This document shows, piece after piece, positions 1 through 12,785 of a stretch of DNA of 64,000 nucleotides. The stretch comes from Camelus ferus (taxonomy: Eukaryota). The position numbers and the translations under genes were made by a program. Below the pieces are notes generated by a model. The model ran no database searches. It was given only the letters and a program-made list of their open reading frames with translations, and was not told the origin of the DNA. The stretch lies in assembly GCF_009834535.1 (NCBI RefSeq), contig NC_045696.1, positions 55,058,001 through 55,122,000 of the forward strand. The letters run 5' to 3'. Every line of letters starts with the position of its first letter. Position 1 is the stretch's first letter.

Positions 1-47
1 TTAGAAGAGGCCCCACATAGGGAGAAAAAAATACCATTTTTTAAAAG
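1..47 (+). CDS. Candidate coding exon (partial; LEEAPHREKKIPFFK, phase-2 end) of an unidentified gene entering from the left
   Basis: Open frame from base 1 ending at a strong donor AAAAG|GTAAGA (47/48); phase-compatible with the acceptor at 1422/1423. Protein not recognised. Confidence 0.35.
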
Positions 48-1422
48 GTAAGAAATAAAGGTGAATTTGGAACTGAATGTCACTGGTTCTTATTTTTCAT
101 TCATAATTTAAGATGTGAAGAAAAAAATCTCGTGTGAATATTTAATATATAAGTTGTGAGAAAAATGAAAGGAGACTGGAATTTTGGAGAGTTATTTCAG
201 GTTTTCTGTCTGTTCCAAATACATAGCCTTTGTCTCCTTAAAGTTTCATGGGAGTTTATTATTAATAACCTCTTCTTTCTGAAATTAAAACCATGTTAGA
301 AAATACAGAATAAGATTCCAGCATTGATCACAGTGGATTGGTTTATCATTAATATATACTTTGAGTTGGAATTTAGTAAAAAAAAAAAAACCTCACTTTC
401 CTATCTCATAACTTAACAAATAAATGTTTGTGGTGTTCTGTGATTTAAAAATGAAAAAGCCATGTCTCAGTAGATTAGTTTGAAAGAACCCTGCTCTCTT
501 CCTTCCCAGTACTGGCCAGCAACTGCCCATAAGTTTGAGACATCTAAAAATGTGAGGCTGAAGGAAGTCAAAAAGGATGAAGGTGGAGAAAAATAATGAT
601 TTTTACTTTCTATTTTCTCCAATCATCTTATCTATCATTTTCAACTTGACTTTCCTTAGAATTCCCAGCTCTGGGTTGGTACAATTCAGAAGGAAGCTAC
701 AATGTTAATTATTTTACATACATAAAACAAAAGTGAGTAAGTAAATATTTTCCGTAAAATGGAAGGTATTCCATATAAGTTGCAGTCTGAGGAAGTATAA
801 AAAGTGAAGCCACAATTCCCCCAAAATTACTGGTTTAAATGTTTTCCAAACACTGGCAGGTAAGGAATTAGGAGGCAAATAGTGATAATTACAATTGACT
901 GTCTGACTTTGAGCTTAGTTACTATCTTCCTCGCAAAAGTAAATTAGTCACAGTTATGGTGTCTTTGAGTTTAAATCTTTCTCACAGAAGTAAGTGCTTG
1001 CTGGAAAACCAATACATAGAGGCAGGACAAGAGGAAAATGATGATAATGAAATAAATAACAAACAAGTAACAGTAAGTCAAATCAACTGCCACTTTGCTC
1101 CAACCTCCTATGAAAAAAAGTCTTAGTGTCTTTTATGTTTGTAGATTTCACAATCTTTATCTTAACAGTAACATGCTATTATCTTTTCAGTAAAAAAAAA
1201 AAAAAAAAAAAAAGATTTTTAAGTGGTAGGGAAAATGCAATTTGGCAGACAAAGGAAAAACCAGAGGAAAATATCAGACCATTCCCGAACTTTCCACACT
1301 CTTGTAAATAATCAGTTCCTTATTAGTTGCCTGTGGGAATTCTGTATCTTTCACAGAGAAGATGATACTAATGTACTATGCACGGACTTTTTTTTTGTAT
1401 CTATATTGTTTTATATTTACAG

Positions 1423-1459
1423 GACTAATCAAGCTATTGTGTCAAATCCACATTGGTGA
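1423..1459 (+). CDS. Candidate terminal coding exon ((R)TNQAIVSNPHW-stop)
   Basis: Branch-like TACTAAT at about 1366, T-rich tract, TTTACAG|G acceptor; joining to 1-47 gives AG|G=Arg and an open frame to TGA TAA; AATAAA at about 1598 inside the downstream L1 remnant. Confidence 0.3.
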
Positions 1460-2200
1460 TAAAGTTCATATGGCAAAACAAATATGCAAGAATACAAAAC
1501 ACCAAATAGGAAAGCTACAAGGGTTGACCTGCCCTATCAGATATTTAAGAAATACTATAAAATCTGTTCAATCAAAACAACATGTTTCTGATGCATGAAT
1601 AAACAGATAGACCAGTGAAATAGTATAAAAAGCTCAGAAATAGACCCAAGGACATATGAAAAATTAGGATGTCATACAGGTAGCATTCACAAACCACTGG
1701 GACAAAAATAGATCATTTAATAAATTGTTCTGGAACAAATGGTTAGCTATTTGGAAGAAGACAAAATTACATCATACTTTACACCATACATTAAAATAAA
1801 TTCCAATTAGACCAGGGGCCTACATGAAATAAATTAAACCACAGACATACTAAAAGAAATCATAGCTGAATTCCTCTGCATAGGTAAAGACATCCTAATC
1901 AGGATTCAAAATCCAGAGACAATTTTAAAAAAGATAAACTTAACTACATAAAAAATTTTAAATTTGAAGGATAAAATATCAAATATCATAAGCAAAATCA
2001 AAGGCAAGTGAAAAACTAGGAGAAAATTTTTATAATATATGACAATAATAACCCCAATGTATAAGAAACTCTAAAAAACTGAGGGACTGAAAAACCAAAA
2101 ATCTGATGGAAAATGGGGAAAAGACAAGGGAACAATTCACAAATAAAAGGTACAAAGTGTCTCTTAAATGTGCAGAAAGATACTTAAGCTCACATGGGAT
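1455..2200 (+). mobile_element. Old LINE-1 (L1M-type) ORF2 3' fragment
   Basis: Degenerate L1 motifs: AAGTTCATATGG, ATAGACCAGTGAAATAG...CAGAAATAGACCC, ACACCATACATTAAAATAAATTCC; A-rich sense strand. Confidence 0.8.
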
Positions 2201-2349
2201 GAGGGAGGAATGACACCTCTAAGAAGACGAAATTTGCATTTTATCCATTTTGTTTTTGTAGTTTACCTCATTGGAAGAGTTGACCTTTATTACTTACAAT
2301 TATCAGTGTTCCAGACATGGCAGACAAAGGCTTTGTTTAGCTGATTCTT

Positions 2350-3375
2350 TTTTTTTTTTTTTAACATTTTTTATTGATTTATAATCATTTTACAATGTGG
2401 TGTCAAATTCCAGTGTAGAGCACAGTTTTTCAATTATACATGAACATATATATATTCATTGTCACATTCCTTTCTCTGTGAGCTACCATAAGATCTTGTA
2501 TATATTTCCTTGTGCTATACAGTATAATCTTGTTTATCTATTCTACAACTTTGAAATCCCAGTCTATCTCTTCCCACCCCCCACACCCTTGGCAACCACA
2601 AGTCTGTATTCTATGTCTCTTCAGCAAATGGTGTTGGGAAAACTGGACAGCAGCATGTAAAGCAATGAAGCTAGAACACTCCCTTACACCATACACAAAA
2701 ATAAACTCAAAATGGATCAAAGACTTAAACATAAGACAAGATACAATAAACCTCCTAGAGGAAAATATAGGCAAAACATTACGTGACATACATCTCAAAA
2801 ATTTTCTCTTAGAAGAAATAAAAGCAAGAATAAACAAATGGGACCTAATGAAACTTACAAGCTTCTGCACAGCAAAGGAAACCATAAGTAAAACAAAGAC
2901 AACCTACGGAATGGGAGAAAATTTTTGCAAATGAAACCGACAAAGGCTTGAATCTCCAGAATATATAAGCAGCTCATATGACTCAATAAGAAGAAAATAA
3001 ACAGCCCAATCCAAAAATGGGCAGAAGACCTAAACAAGCAGTTCTCCAAGGAAGACATACAAATGATCAAAAGGCACATGAAAAAATGCTCAAGTATCAC
3101 TAATTATCAGAGAAATGCAAATCAGAACTACAATGAGGTATCACCTCACACCAGTCAGAATGGCCATCATTCAAAAGTCCACAAATAACAAATGCTGGAG
3201 AGGCTGTGGAGAAAAGGGAACCCTCCTACACTGCTGGTGGGAATGCAGTTTGGTACAGCCACTGTGGAAAACAGTATGGAGATTCCTCAAAAGACTAGGA
3301 ATAAATTTACCATACGACCCAGGAATCCTGCTCCTGGGCTTATATCCAGAAGGAACCCTACTTCAGGATGACACC
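2350..3375 (-). mobile_element. Young 5'-truncated LINE-1 with 5' inversion (twin priming)
   Basis: Poly-T at about 2348-2362, antisense L1 3' UTR to about 2618, then sense ORF2 C-terminal coding ([54 protein letters not shown]); TSD TAGCTGAT[T/A]CTT at 2338-2349 and 3376-3387. Confidence 0.93.
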
Positions 3376-3749
3376 TAGCTGATACTTATCTAGATTTCCA
3401 CACAGTTCTGTTTTCATCACACCTGCTTCCTCACTTTCCAGGGTATTTGGTGCCCCCATTCCTAAGGCTTTCTGGTGGTCTGGAGTACAGATCATCTGGT
3501 TTTTGTGCTTTCGACTTCTATGACCATCTATTTCCTAGCGTCTGAAATGTATTTCTGTCTTCTCTTCTGTACTTACTGTTCATATGAGTTTCCACTTTTC
3601 TTATTCCTTTACCATGACTTTATTGGAGATTCAGAGGGAGTGAAGATAAACCTCAATTTCTTCTTCTTTTTTTTTAATCTGTTCTACAAATATTTATTGA
3701 CCACACGGTTCTGCCCTCTCCCTCCCATGCCCAGGTTTTGTATCTGGGC

Positions 3750-3912
3750 TTCTTAACTGTGACTCTAAAGACAGGGGTCCTTAAAGAATCATTTGAGGAC
3801 TTGCAAAAAGTACAAACTTTCAGAGATTCTGAATTCATAGATCCCTTCGGGGCCCAGGAAACGGCATTTTTAACAACCTTCCACGCGATTCCAAGCTCAC
3901 TCTGAAGAACTG
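3750..3912. mobile_element. MER5-like hAT-Charlie fossil
   Basis: CAGAGATTCTGAATTC...GGGGCCCAGGAAACGGCATTTTTAACAA motif typical of MER5. Confidence 0.6.
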
Positions 3913-4074
3913 TTTTGCTTGGGTGGAAAGTGAATTAGTTAAATTTAGGGTTAGAAAAACTCTGGGATAACATACCTACAGAGTTTCACAGTGAACTGGC
4001 ACACGCACTTCCTGAGGGGAAAAAATATAAAAGAATCAAAATCTCAAAGTGAGTCTCCTCAATTTCTTCTTATT

Positions 4075-4190
4075 TCTTTTCCCCAACATTATGAAAGAAA
4101 TAATTGACAAATATAATTGTATATTTTAAAATGTACAATGTGATGATTTGATATACATTATGGAATGATAACTGAGTTATATTTATATCT
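4075..4190 (-). mobile_element. LINE-1 (L1MA-type) 3' end, antisense
   Basis: ATAATTGACAAATATAATTGTATATTTTAAAATGTACAATGTGATGATTTGATATAC matches the antisense L1MA terminus. Confidence 0.7.
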
Positions 4191-4329
4191 GATGGCTTCA
4201 GAGGCACTGAGAGTACTTCAACCACGTGACCAAAAGAAGGGATTCTGAGCAAAGGGGATTCCATTGGTTTCTTGATTTTCCACAATGGAATGTTCCTACT
4301 GTGAAAAATGGAGCTTGGTGTTTCAAAGC

Positions 4330-4510
4330 ATGGACTCTCCAACCTACTGTATAACCTCTGAGCCTGATTTGCCTCAGAATTATAACGGACATAATAATAG
4401 GATGTATCTGTTAAGGCTCTTTGGATGACTAAATGACTTAATGCCTGTGAAGGTACTTAGGACAGTGCCAGTCACAAAATAATCATTCAACACATATTAG
4501 TTTTTATTAC
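4330..4510 (+). mobile_element. MIR SINE
   Basis: TAACCTCTGAGCCTGATTTGCCTCA...GTGAAGGTACTTAGGACAGTGCC core. Confidence 0.7.
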
Positions 4511-5059
4511 CATTACCACAAAGCCCCAAAATAGCAATTAGGTCTATCTTTAACCAATCCTATGGGAGAAACCCTGTGATAGCATCATGAGGTTCACTGT
4601 CATTTGTACTGTGAAGGTTTAAACACTTAGACCATCTCACCTGGTTTTATTTGGTACCTAATTTTCTCATATTGACAGTTCCATTTAGTTAACAGCCATG
4701 GGGAAAGATATATAGGCAATTTTCTGTTTTTTTAGTTAATTTGTTTCTAATCAGTTCACTATGTATCTACTGTCTATGCCAAGCACTGAATTAGGTATAT
4801 TGGAGGATAGAGAGGTTTTTATCAATCTCTATTTTATAGTGACTCTTGTTTTATAAATAGTAAACTCTTCTAGGAGTTTATGTGGAATGATAATATAATA
4901 GGTGAAAACTATAATTCATAAAAGATTTAAGTAACAGTTCATGGGGAAAAGAGAAAAGATGGTTAAACACAATATGAATTATTGAAATCTAATTGGAAAA
5001 TTGAGTCATAACGTATCTATTGAAATTGTTTCTGAATTATTTAAATAAATCACTTAACA

Positions 5060-5702
5060 TAAGGGATGGTTTTGCCATGAAAAAAATGCAACTTTAGGAT
5101 TCAGGGACCCTCATTTACATGGGGCTCTTACCAGTCCCTATGATGGGTTCCAAAAATACAATCACATGGTCACAAGCTTATATAAAATTTGGAAAAGTAA
5201 GATAGTTTAAAGAATATATCTTTAAACTTCGACTTCCCTTTGTGACAGATAGCATTGGAGTGACTATGAGGATTTTGGGACTTCTACAAAGGAGAATTTC
5301 AATGGAGAATACATTTCATTTGGGTTTAGTAGGGGTTAGTAGGATATATATTATGTGGTTCACAATCAGTCCTGGTGGAAGAACAGCTTCCAGAATACTT
5401 GCACCTCTGGCTGCATGAACTCAGTCTGTGCGGTGGCACAAATGGTGTGGTATCAGGGGTCCTGTTTATAGTATGAACATGCCCTACAGCTCTCAGCACT
5501 GGAAGTATCAGGATAGTGGGGAGAAAAAGGTCTGAAATGTGTGTAGCCAGGAGGCAGCCTGCGGAAACTCCTTCCAGTTGTCAGTGGTGCATAATTATAA
5601 GCAGTGCATTCAACTTGCATGGAGTCTAGTCAAAACAATATCACCTGTCAAGAATATATTCAATAATGCAGCATAGACAATCACCAACATACCACACATT
5701 GT
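5060..5702 (+). mobile_element. MER115/Zaphod-like hAT-Tip100 DNA transposon fossil
   Basis: Collinear with recalled consensus blocks: TTCAGGGACCCTCA, TCACATGGTCA, AAAAGTAAGATA, TTTGGGTTTAGT, TATGTGGTTC, CTAGTCAAAAC, ATAATGCAGCATA. Confidence 0.7.
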
Positions 5703-8449
5703 TAAAGAAGAACTGTGCACAAATTTGAACTTATCAGAACTATTTTGGTTACAGGGTACATACTTGTCCTAAAAAGAGCCAGGACACCAAAATGTCAAGC
5801 TACCTGTTGTATGCATCCCAAGATATTGGGCTGTATCTGAGCGTATCTGATGCATCTTGCTCTGATGCAGTCTGGCACGTCCAGACAAATCAGTGAGCAA
5901 AACTGGCACTAAAGCTACAAAAAAGCCTGAAGAAACATGTGTTCCAGTGACAAAAATCCCCCATCCATGCTGATCAGTAAGCCAATGAAAGCAATTTAAG
6001 AGTAATCTGATTGCACCATTATGCGGCCCAGTACATAATATAGTCACAATTTTGAAATGCATTTGATTTGCTTTGGTGTATTGCTTGATTTCAGATTAAT
6101 TTTACATTTTTATATTTATTGATCTTATCAAAACTGGAAGTATTATAGAGGTGTGTGAGGCAGTTAATTAATGAAGATTTTGTGCTATCTTGTGTATGAG
6201 ATGTTCGTGGTATTTGTCAGCTTTTTAAACTTTGCAAATTCTTGTCAATTTTTTAAAATGTATATTCACTTTCACACACATTTGTCTATTCATAATTTTG
6301 TATTTTTTTAAAAAGGGACTCATGAATAGTACATGTTGGAACCTACAGCATAGAGTCACGGTGAAGTTGGCAAGACTTTGTACAGGCACAGCCCTTGGTG
6401 CAACGCCTACCATACAGGAAGCTGTCAATAGCTCCTGGTTCTCAATGCTATTTAATAGTAACCAGCAGGGTTCCTGACACATCATAGGGACAAAAAGCTG
6501 TCTTTTTTTCTTCGCCACTTAGAAAAACTCACTTAACTGCTGTGGACCCGAGTGGCTTCACTAAATTACAATAACTAAACAACTGGGGCTATGTGGCTTT
6601 CTGTATTTTTCACCTATAAGATGCTCAGTAATGTGAACATAGTCTGGAACTTATAGCTGGAAAAAGAAAATATCACCCTAAAAAATCAGAATATCAGAAT
6701 AGGAAATATAGCCTCAATGCTTTATAGGAACTCAGAGGGAACACACACACACACGACAGGCACATACACTTGAACAGAGTAACTGAGAAAAAAATAAATA
6801 AAAGAAGCAATCCATGTCTTACCTATTGGAGTAGGTACTATATTAAATCAGTCCAATTCCAAGAAGCACCATTTTTCTTTTTTCTTTTTTTTTGAAGTTT
6901 TTCCCTTTCTTTTCTCTATCCACACTAGTTCTAATATGTCTTTTACTCTTTCCAAATATTAGTATTATTTTACCTTAGTTATTTTATTTTATATTGTTAT
7001 AATTTTAATTTTTTAAAAAATTCTGAATTGTGCTTTAATTTCCCCCACATATACCTTTCAGGTCTTCTCCATATTGGGATACTTGGGATATTTTTTGTAG
7101 TCCTTTTATCTTTCACTCCAGCTCTTTTCTACCTACGTTTCCATTCCCCCCACTGTCATGTAATGCCCCCACACCCCACACCATGTCTCCTCCACTTTCT
7201 AACATCACCAACCACACTATTTCCTAGAAATGCTCTGTAGGAAAAGCTAATTGCTTTGGGAATTACTATTCCCTAAAGCCAATGGGAAACTGTGGACTCT
7301 CCTATTAGTCTCAAGACTGAAATCCTACCTCAATCAGAGATAATTATTATACTAAGCAAGAGAATTTCAATAGTCTTCTCAAATTGATCCCAACGATGCC
7401 ACCTGTAATGCTGCCTCCTCATTCAGCTTTAGACACTTTCAATTAACTGAGCAGCATAGAGCACTCCCATGGGACTAGGAGCAAACAAAATCCAAATTAC
7501 AAACAAGCAGAGATATCTGAAACAATTAAGCCCTTGGTGGCTTAACTCCAGGGTGCCCAGAAGTCTTGTTCAAAGCCAAGGACCCAACTGGAGAAGGTAC
7601 TATATTAAATCAGTCCAGTCCCAGGAAACAGCTAATATCTGATAAATTCAGGCTCTGAAGACAAAATATAATTGATAAAAGAAAGAAGGGGGTGGGGGAA
7701 ACTCATGGCTTGAATAATCTGATTTACTACTCTCTACAGCTCAGTTCCACAAGGTAATGTCTAAATCTGCACTTCACTTTGCAAATTTGACCTCATTTAC
7801 TTCCTAGCACAACACAATTCTCTACTGTAAAACTGTATTATATAATTCTTTAAGACCCCATCAGATAACCTAGGGCAAGCAGCTCTTTAAACGACTTATG
7901 CCACCGGCAGAACTAAGTGGCTCCCATTTGTGGAAACCGGCAAACTTAAAGAAAAGCCAGTGGGGCTAAGGGAGAGGAGAAATCAGAAGAACTAAACAGA
8001 AAAGGATGCAAGAAAGTGTGTGTGTGTGAATGGTTCCACTACTGGAGTGACTCTAAAAAAAACAGTCCCCGGAGTGAATCCCCACAGCTGTGCATATCCG
8101 GTGACGGGGTCAGGGAAGCTTTTCAAAGGTGCTTATGTTTTGACTCAGCACTGGATTACAGAAGCTTTTGCCAAGCTGCTTCCAGGAGGAGGCAGATGCT
8201 AAGTGCCAGTTCCTCTTTCACTGCTTCCCCTCGCTCTCTTCCCTCCCCTCCCAGTGTTATTAGTGGAGCAGCACAGAGGGAGAGTTCTGGGACTGAAGAG
8301 GCTTATCTGTAATAGCAGCTTATCTATGACTAGCAATAAACTGCGAAGTTAAAACTAAAGGAATTCTAGTCCTCCCGCCATTTCTCTATTTCGATGCTAT
8401 TCCAGTTACTTAGGAGTTTCTTTCCCCAACTTATGCACTCCAATCAAGC

Positions 8450-8960
8450 AAGCAAGCAATAAGCACATATTCAGGCCCTACTGTGCTCCAGATACTATGA
8501 AGTCCTAGGGGCACAAAGACAGACAAGATACTCTCCCTGATACCAAAGAACTTGTATCATTGTTGAGGATGTAAAGTATAAACATTAAAGGACCGAAAAA
8601 GGCTAGACACCCACTGGTTCATGTTGAATCACAGTACAGATGAGTAGGCTCTGAGTTCAAAGTAGAAAGAACTGAAGGGCTTGGTAGTTAGGCCCTCAAG
8701 TTGGACGTAGAAAATGGATATGCTTTAAAAGATGGATTAGGGGAGGACAAGCAACCAGAAAAGCCTCAAAACATGAGCAAAACTACTTAAAAATAAGGCT
8801 GACCTTTGGAGGGAGTAAACCATCCTGGTGTGAGGAAATTCCCAAAGTATTGATGAAAAGGAAAATGCAACTCAGACTCTGGAAGCCATTAGACATCAAT
8901 AAAAAACATTTGGACCTTATTCTGCTAGATGTGGGAAATCAACCAAATGTTTAAGGAAGG
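8450..8960 (-). mobile_element. L2 LINE fragment
   Basis: GCACATATTCAGGCCCTACTGTGCTCCAGATACT start and purine-rich body typical of antisense L2. Confidence 0.55.
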
Positions 8961-9002
8961 ACAAACCTGCTCAGTTGTTTGTTCATGAATACATGAAGGT
9001 AT

Positions 9003-9451
9003 TATGGACAAAAAATATTGCCTGCCATTTCAGTAAACAGTAAATGTCACCCGTTATTAAGCCGTCAGCCACTGTAGCCACCCCTGATGTGTGCCCTGAG
9101 GGGAATTCAGGATGGAGAAAAACAGGAGACTGGCCCTAAGTTAAGACACATATCAAAGGAATCATTTCAATGAGCCCAGGCTCTTGCATCTTCCCATATA
9201 TAGTAAAGCACTAAAATTATTAAGTTGGGATGTCTTTTTTTGCAATTAGCAGTAATCTTTGGATGTTTGACTACTTTTTTCTCAGAAAAAAAAAAAAAAG
9301 AAAACTCCTGTATGTCCTGGATCCTCCCTGACCTCTTTGGAACAGTTCCTCAGAGCTATCTGAGAGTCCGTCTCCTGGGCTATAGTCCTCAGAAGGTCCC
9401 CAAATAAAACAACTCTCAGCTTTCAGTTTGTACATTTTTTTTCAGTTGACA
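9003..9451 (+). mobile_element. Solo ERV1-class LTR (family A)
   Basis: T(A)...CA termini, AATAAA at about 9402, 4-bp TSD GTAT (8999-9002 and 9452-9455); homologous to 43003-43439. Confidence 0.88.
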
Positions 9452-10545
9452 GTATGCATGTGAAGGTATTTATTAATGCTTCATTTATTCCCTATTTTAC
9501 TTCTGCAAAAGATTTGAGCCTTATTAAGAAAAAAAATCTACCATCTGTAAAAACAGGTAGGTAAGAATGTCAAAGGTAATTTTGAGGAACAAAACTAAAC
9601 CTGTTATATAGTAATTTATGTTTTCAAGTCAAAATAGTTTCAAATGTAATGAGGATATGAGTAGATAAATTGGTTAAGGACACAGAGCATAGAAATAGTT
9701 CTTAGTATGTGATAACTAAATATACAATAAATAATAATCAATATATATTTTGAATATATATTATACCTGTATAAATATATTTGTGTTGATATATTTATAA
9801 TAGCTCAAAAACAAACATAATAAATATATAAGAAGATAATCTCAACATTCATTCCAAAGCTCAATATCCCTGGGTTTATTATCCCCACTCAGCCTACAGG
9901 AACCTGAATTACAGAATTATTGGCAAGTGTCTCACAAGCTTTTTATGGACCAGTCCTCTAAGCTATAATATATCATGCATTACAGACTCCCCTTTATTTC
10001 AGGCACACTAATGATGTGGGTGGTGAAGGTGTTGCCACAGCTAATAGTGATGCATGCCAAGGTACCATAATTGCCTCCACACAGTTCTATCTGTCTTTAG
10101 GCAGCCAGTCAAAGTGATGAGGGTGTGTTGTCTGCATGGAGGGCCCTGGCATGTGTCCTACTAAAGGCATTAGTGCTGTCTCCAGTCACTGCAGATAGTC
10201 TTAGCACATCAGTTTCTTGAACATTGTGCAATCAACAAGCTACAGAGACCACAGTGAAAAAGCCCTTGGTTTCCAATCTCTCCATTTATTGCAGCCCAAC
10301 CAAAAGACAATTACTATGAGTCAACTAAAAGACAATCTGAGCAACAGATTTGTTAGATGTAGAGTTGCCCCTACCTTTTCTTTTAACTATTATGTCTTTG
10401 TCCTTGATCCGTTGGGGTCTCTTCTCTCTCTCCCTTTAAAACTTAGTGATTAAGGATATTTACTCTCCCATGTGTTACTGTCTTGGCAGCTCTTCCCACT
10501 AGACTTCATGGAAGCCCAGACACAGCTCAGACTTAAGCTGAGACC

Positions 10546-10970
10546 TTGCTCATTTGCAGCAACATGGATGTACCTGGAGATTGTTAGAGTGAAGTAAACC
10601 AGAAAGAGAAAGAAAAATACCATATAATATCACCTATATGTGGAATCTAACAAATGAACTTATTTACAAAACAGAAACAAACTCACAAACATACAAAACA
10701 AACTTATGGATACCAGGGGGAAGGAAGGTAGGAAGGGGTAAATTGGGAGTTTGAGATTTGAAGATACTAACTACTATATATAAAATAAATAAACAGCAAG
10801 TTTCTACTATATAGCACAGGGAATTATATTCAATATCTTGTAGTAACCTATAATGAAAAAAATATGAAAAGGAATATATGTAGGTATATGTATGACTGAA
10901 ACATTATGCTGTACACCAAAAATTAATACAACATTGTAAACCAACTATACTTCAATTAACAAAAAAAGGA
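10546..10970 (+). mobile_element. 5'-truncated LINE-1 3' end (cetartiodactyl type)
   Basis: CATTTGCAGCAACATGGATG...ACAACATTGTAAACCAACTATACTTCAAT plus A-tail; TSD AAGCTG(A)GACC at 10535-10545 and 10971-10980, preceded by TT (endonuclease site). Confidence 0.9.
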
Positions 10971-11127
10971 AAGCTGGACCAAAGTAGAAGTATAGACATT
11001 TCAAAATTATGATACTAGAGAAAGGTGACTTTATAAGTTTGAGGAACACAAACAGTCAGGAAGCAAATAATTACAGATGATTTTATCGGAATGTAAAGTT
11101 TCTGTTACATTCTCTTCTCTCTCCTAA

Positions 11128-11503
11128 TGTTAAAAACAAAACATGGAGTCGCTTAAGCTAAGCCTACGTCACCAGACCAAGACTTGATTTGATTATAATT
11201 TTAGTTCTCTCAGAAATGGAATCTCAAACCAGTCAACTGAGAATCACCAGATCAGCACTAGTTAGGTCCTTTGCCTGAAAGAAACTTGCCATCATCTACA
11301 GGAAAGTCACTCTGCAATAATCAACCCACTTTTCACCAGTACAATTTCCTTGTTTCAGCTCCCTTCTGCTTGTAAGTCTTTCACTGTGTACAGCTCCTCC
11401 GAGCTCTTTTCTATCTGCTAGATTGGATGCTGCCCAATTCAGATCAAGTTTTGCTCAAGTAAACTCTTAAAATTTTTAATATGTCCTAGTTTATCTTTGA
11501 ACA
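11128..11503 (+). mobile_element. 5' LTR of a class I ERV (family B)
   Basis: TGT...AACA termini, AGTAAA polyA-like signal, directly followed by a PBS; homologous to 43591-43966. Confidence 0.88.
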
Positions 11504-11507
11504 GTTC

Positions 11508-11525
11508 TGGTGTCAGAAAAGGAAC
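11508..11525 (+). promoter_or_regulatory. Primer binding site, tRNA-Leu(CAA) type
   Basis: TGGTGTCAGAAAAGGAAC versus the complement of the tRNA-Leu(CAA) 3' end TGGTGTCAGAAGTGGGAT: 14/18, first 11 exact, 4 nt after the LTR. Confidence 0.75.
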
Positions 11526-11837
11526 TGAAGGAGACCCCTGCAGGCCCCCAGGAGCAACAAGCAACCAGGCCTAGGTACCTGTTGAGCCCTGTGAGGTTGC
11601 TGCTTTCTCATTGCCACTGGAGGTCACTCGTAGGTAAGTCCCTCTTGAATTCTAGCACCACAGATTTTGCATCATGAGCTTCTAGACTTTAAGTATTTTT
11701 TCCATCCAGATTGGGTCCAGAAACCTGCCAGACTCAGACTGGGTCTGGGTTGGATTGAGTCCAGGGTCAGTCAGAGTCCAACTTAAGCTGGATGGGTCCA
11801 GTGTGAGGTCTTCGGTGAATCGAATTTTATTTTAAGA

Positions 11838-11981
11838 ATGAACAAGCAGATTAACTTCACAAAAGGCAGTCTTGAATTACATTGGCCACAGTGAGGAACT
11901 TTTAACCTAGATAAGCTTATTCATTTAGTAGGTGCCCTGAAGACAAGGGGGTCTCAGTCAAGCACTCACTATATAGGATAG
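11838..11981 (+). pseudogene. gag: gag matrix remnant
   Basis: Translates NFTKGSLELHWPQ*GTFNLDKLIHL, resembling the gammaretroviral MA motif WPxxGTF; in-frame TGA. Confidence 0.65.
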
Positions 11982-12785
11982 AGGGAAAATTGTTTATCCT
12001 CCTCTACAGTTTCTAGTGACCAGAATGAGACCCACTGGGACACCATACTCATACCAGAGCCTGCAGACAGGATCCTGGGAAAACTGGTAGAAGCCAACAA
12101 AGAGTAAGAATTCTTACCAAGTCAGCTCTCCTAGACCTCTATCTGTAGTGCCTCATCTAAACAAGAAGGTAAACTTTCACATCCCTTCTTTTTCAAATTC
12201 AGATTGGCAGGAAAAACATTTGTAAGAATTAGATCTTTGAATTATGACTCATGAATTTGCTTTCAGGTACCCACTGGTTGTTGAGACTTTCATTCTCAGA
12301 GACAGGAATTGCATTCTTGTTTGTCTTGTCTCATGTTCTGAGAACCTGGCTTCACAACGGTCAAGTTGGGGGACCCAAAAATATGGTTGGACAGAAGCGT
12401 GCACTGCACCACATTTATGACTAGATATGGCTGGACAGAAATATGGTTTCCATTCCACTTGTGGCTAGTGTCCCATCAACTGTTGCCAGCTCTCAGGGAA
12501 ATTGTTGAAGTCCTTCTTTCTTTTGGTTATTTTTGGGAGTAGCCCTAGATCTTGGGAGGGTAGTATCTGTTGCACCCTCTTCAGGGATGCTTCTTGTGTC
12601 CAAGGGGTTATTTAATACTGCCAGGGATATTTACTGTTTCTCCCAGCTGAAATCTGACCAGATATTTGAAAGCATTTTTTTAAAAGTATTTCTATACTCA
12701 GAAGTTGGCCAAATTGGAAGCCAATATTCAGAGCCTGTTTAGGAATTTGCTTTTTAAGCCTTCTCTACTAAACTGAAATGAAACT

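Noticed and set aside
1..47. Assignment to CACNB (KRIPFFKK) or the integrin GFFKR motif
   Set aside because: Only a 5-6 residue resemblance; the expected following sequence (PPYDVVPSMRP) or preceding transmembrane helix is not seen.
2512..3378. ORFs of 140 and 87 aa as host genes
   Set aside because: They are LINE-1 ORF2 C-terminal fragments within the inverted insertion.
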